Source: Acidobacteriota bacterium (GTDB lineage Bacteria; Acidobacteriota; UBA890; WLXD01). From it: DNA of 64,000 bases. Where the stretch lies: NCBI GenBank assembly GCA_963666055.2, contig CAXWPH010000015.1, positions 1,952,001 to 2,016,000 on the forward strand, read 5' to 3'. Below the pieces are notes generated by a model that saw nothing but the letters and a program-made list of their open reading frames with translations, was not told the origin of the DNA and searched no databases. The position numbers were made by a program, and so were the translations under genes. Numbering within the stretch: position 1 is the stretch's first letter; every line of letters begins with the position of its first letter. This document shows, piece by piece, positions 63,898 through 64,000 of the stretch.

Positions 63898-64000
63898 ATG
63901 AAGCATCATGAGCGCCAAGTTGATGGCGTGGTCATCGTTGCGCTGGAAGGCAAGCTGACGCTAGGCTCAGGTGACGTGCAGCTACGCCAGCTCGTCACTG
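63898..64000 (+). CDS. STAS-domain anti-sigma factor antagonist (5' part only)
   Basis: Manual translation MKHHERQVDGVVIVALEGKLTLGSGDVQLRQLVT. Confidence 0.75.
   Translation, partial: MKHHERQVDGVVIVALEGKLTLGSGDVQLRQLVT

Overview
GC-rich bacterial chromosome segment spanning the replication origin. It is most likely Acidobacteriota, judged from the PadR + duplicated orphan permease (ADOP) pair and the acidobacterial-type STAS protein. Order: Mrp/Mnh Na+/H+ antiporter operon (minus strand, runs off the left edge); bactofilin-parB-parA-2x parS-rsmG-jag-yidC-yidD-rnpA-rpmH; dnaA flanked by DnaA boxes and DnaA-trios; dnaN-gyrB-gyrA (no recF, mnmE or mnmG here); uvrD-glmS-glmU headed by an HTH-TPR gene; a mixed accessory stretch (hydrolases, tmk, ychF, SPFH+RHH, radical SAM, benzoate-CoA ligase, two-component system + spondin protein, galM, PadR-ADOP, M1 peptidase, sulfatase); tRNA-Asn, recR-ybaB-dnaX, SRP RNA, tRNA-Ser; then P1 peptidase, GT4, SLC13 permease and several small proteins. 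The most notable items are a 279-bp non-coding MITE/REPIN-like element with perfect 34-bp terminal inverted repeats plus remnant copies, a radical SAM enzyme with an N-terminal SPASM-like domain and a CX3CX4C motif, a GcrA-like HTH-TPR protein heading glmU-glmS, and several candidate operators readable from the sequence. About ten single-base frameshifts, eight of them within 37.5-43.7 kb, look like long-read indel errors. All calls come from reading the sequence; no searches were run.
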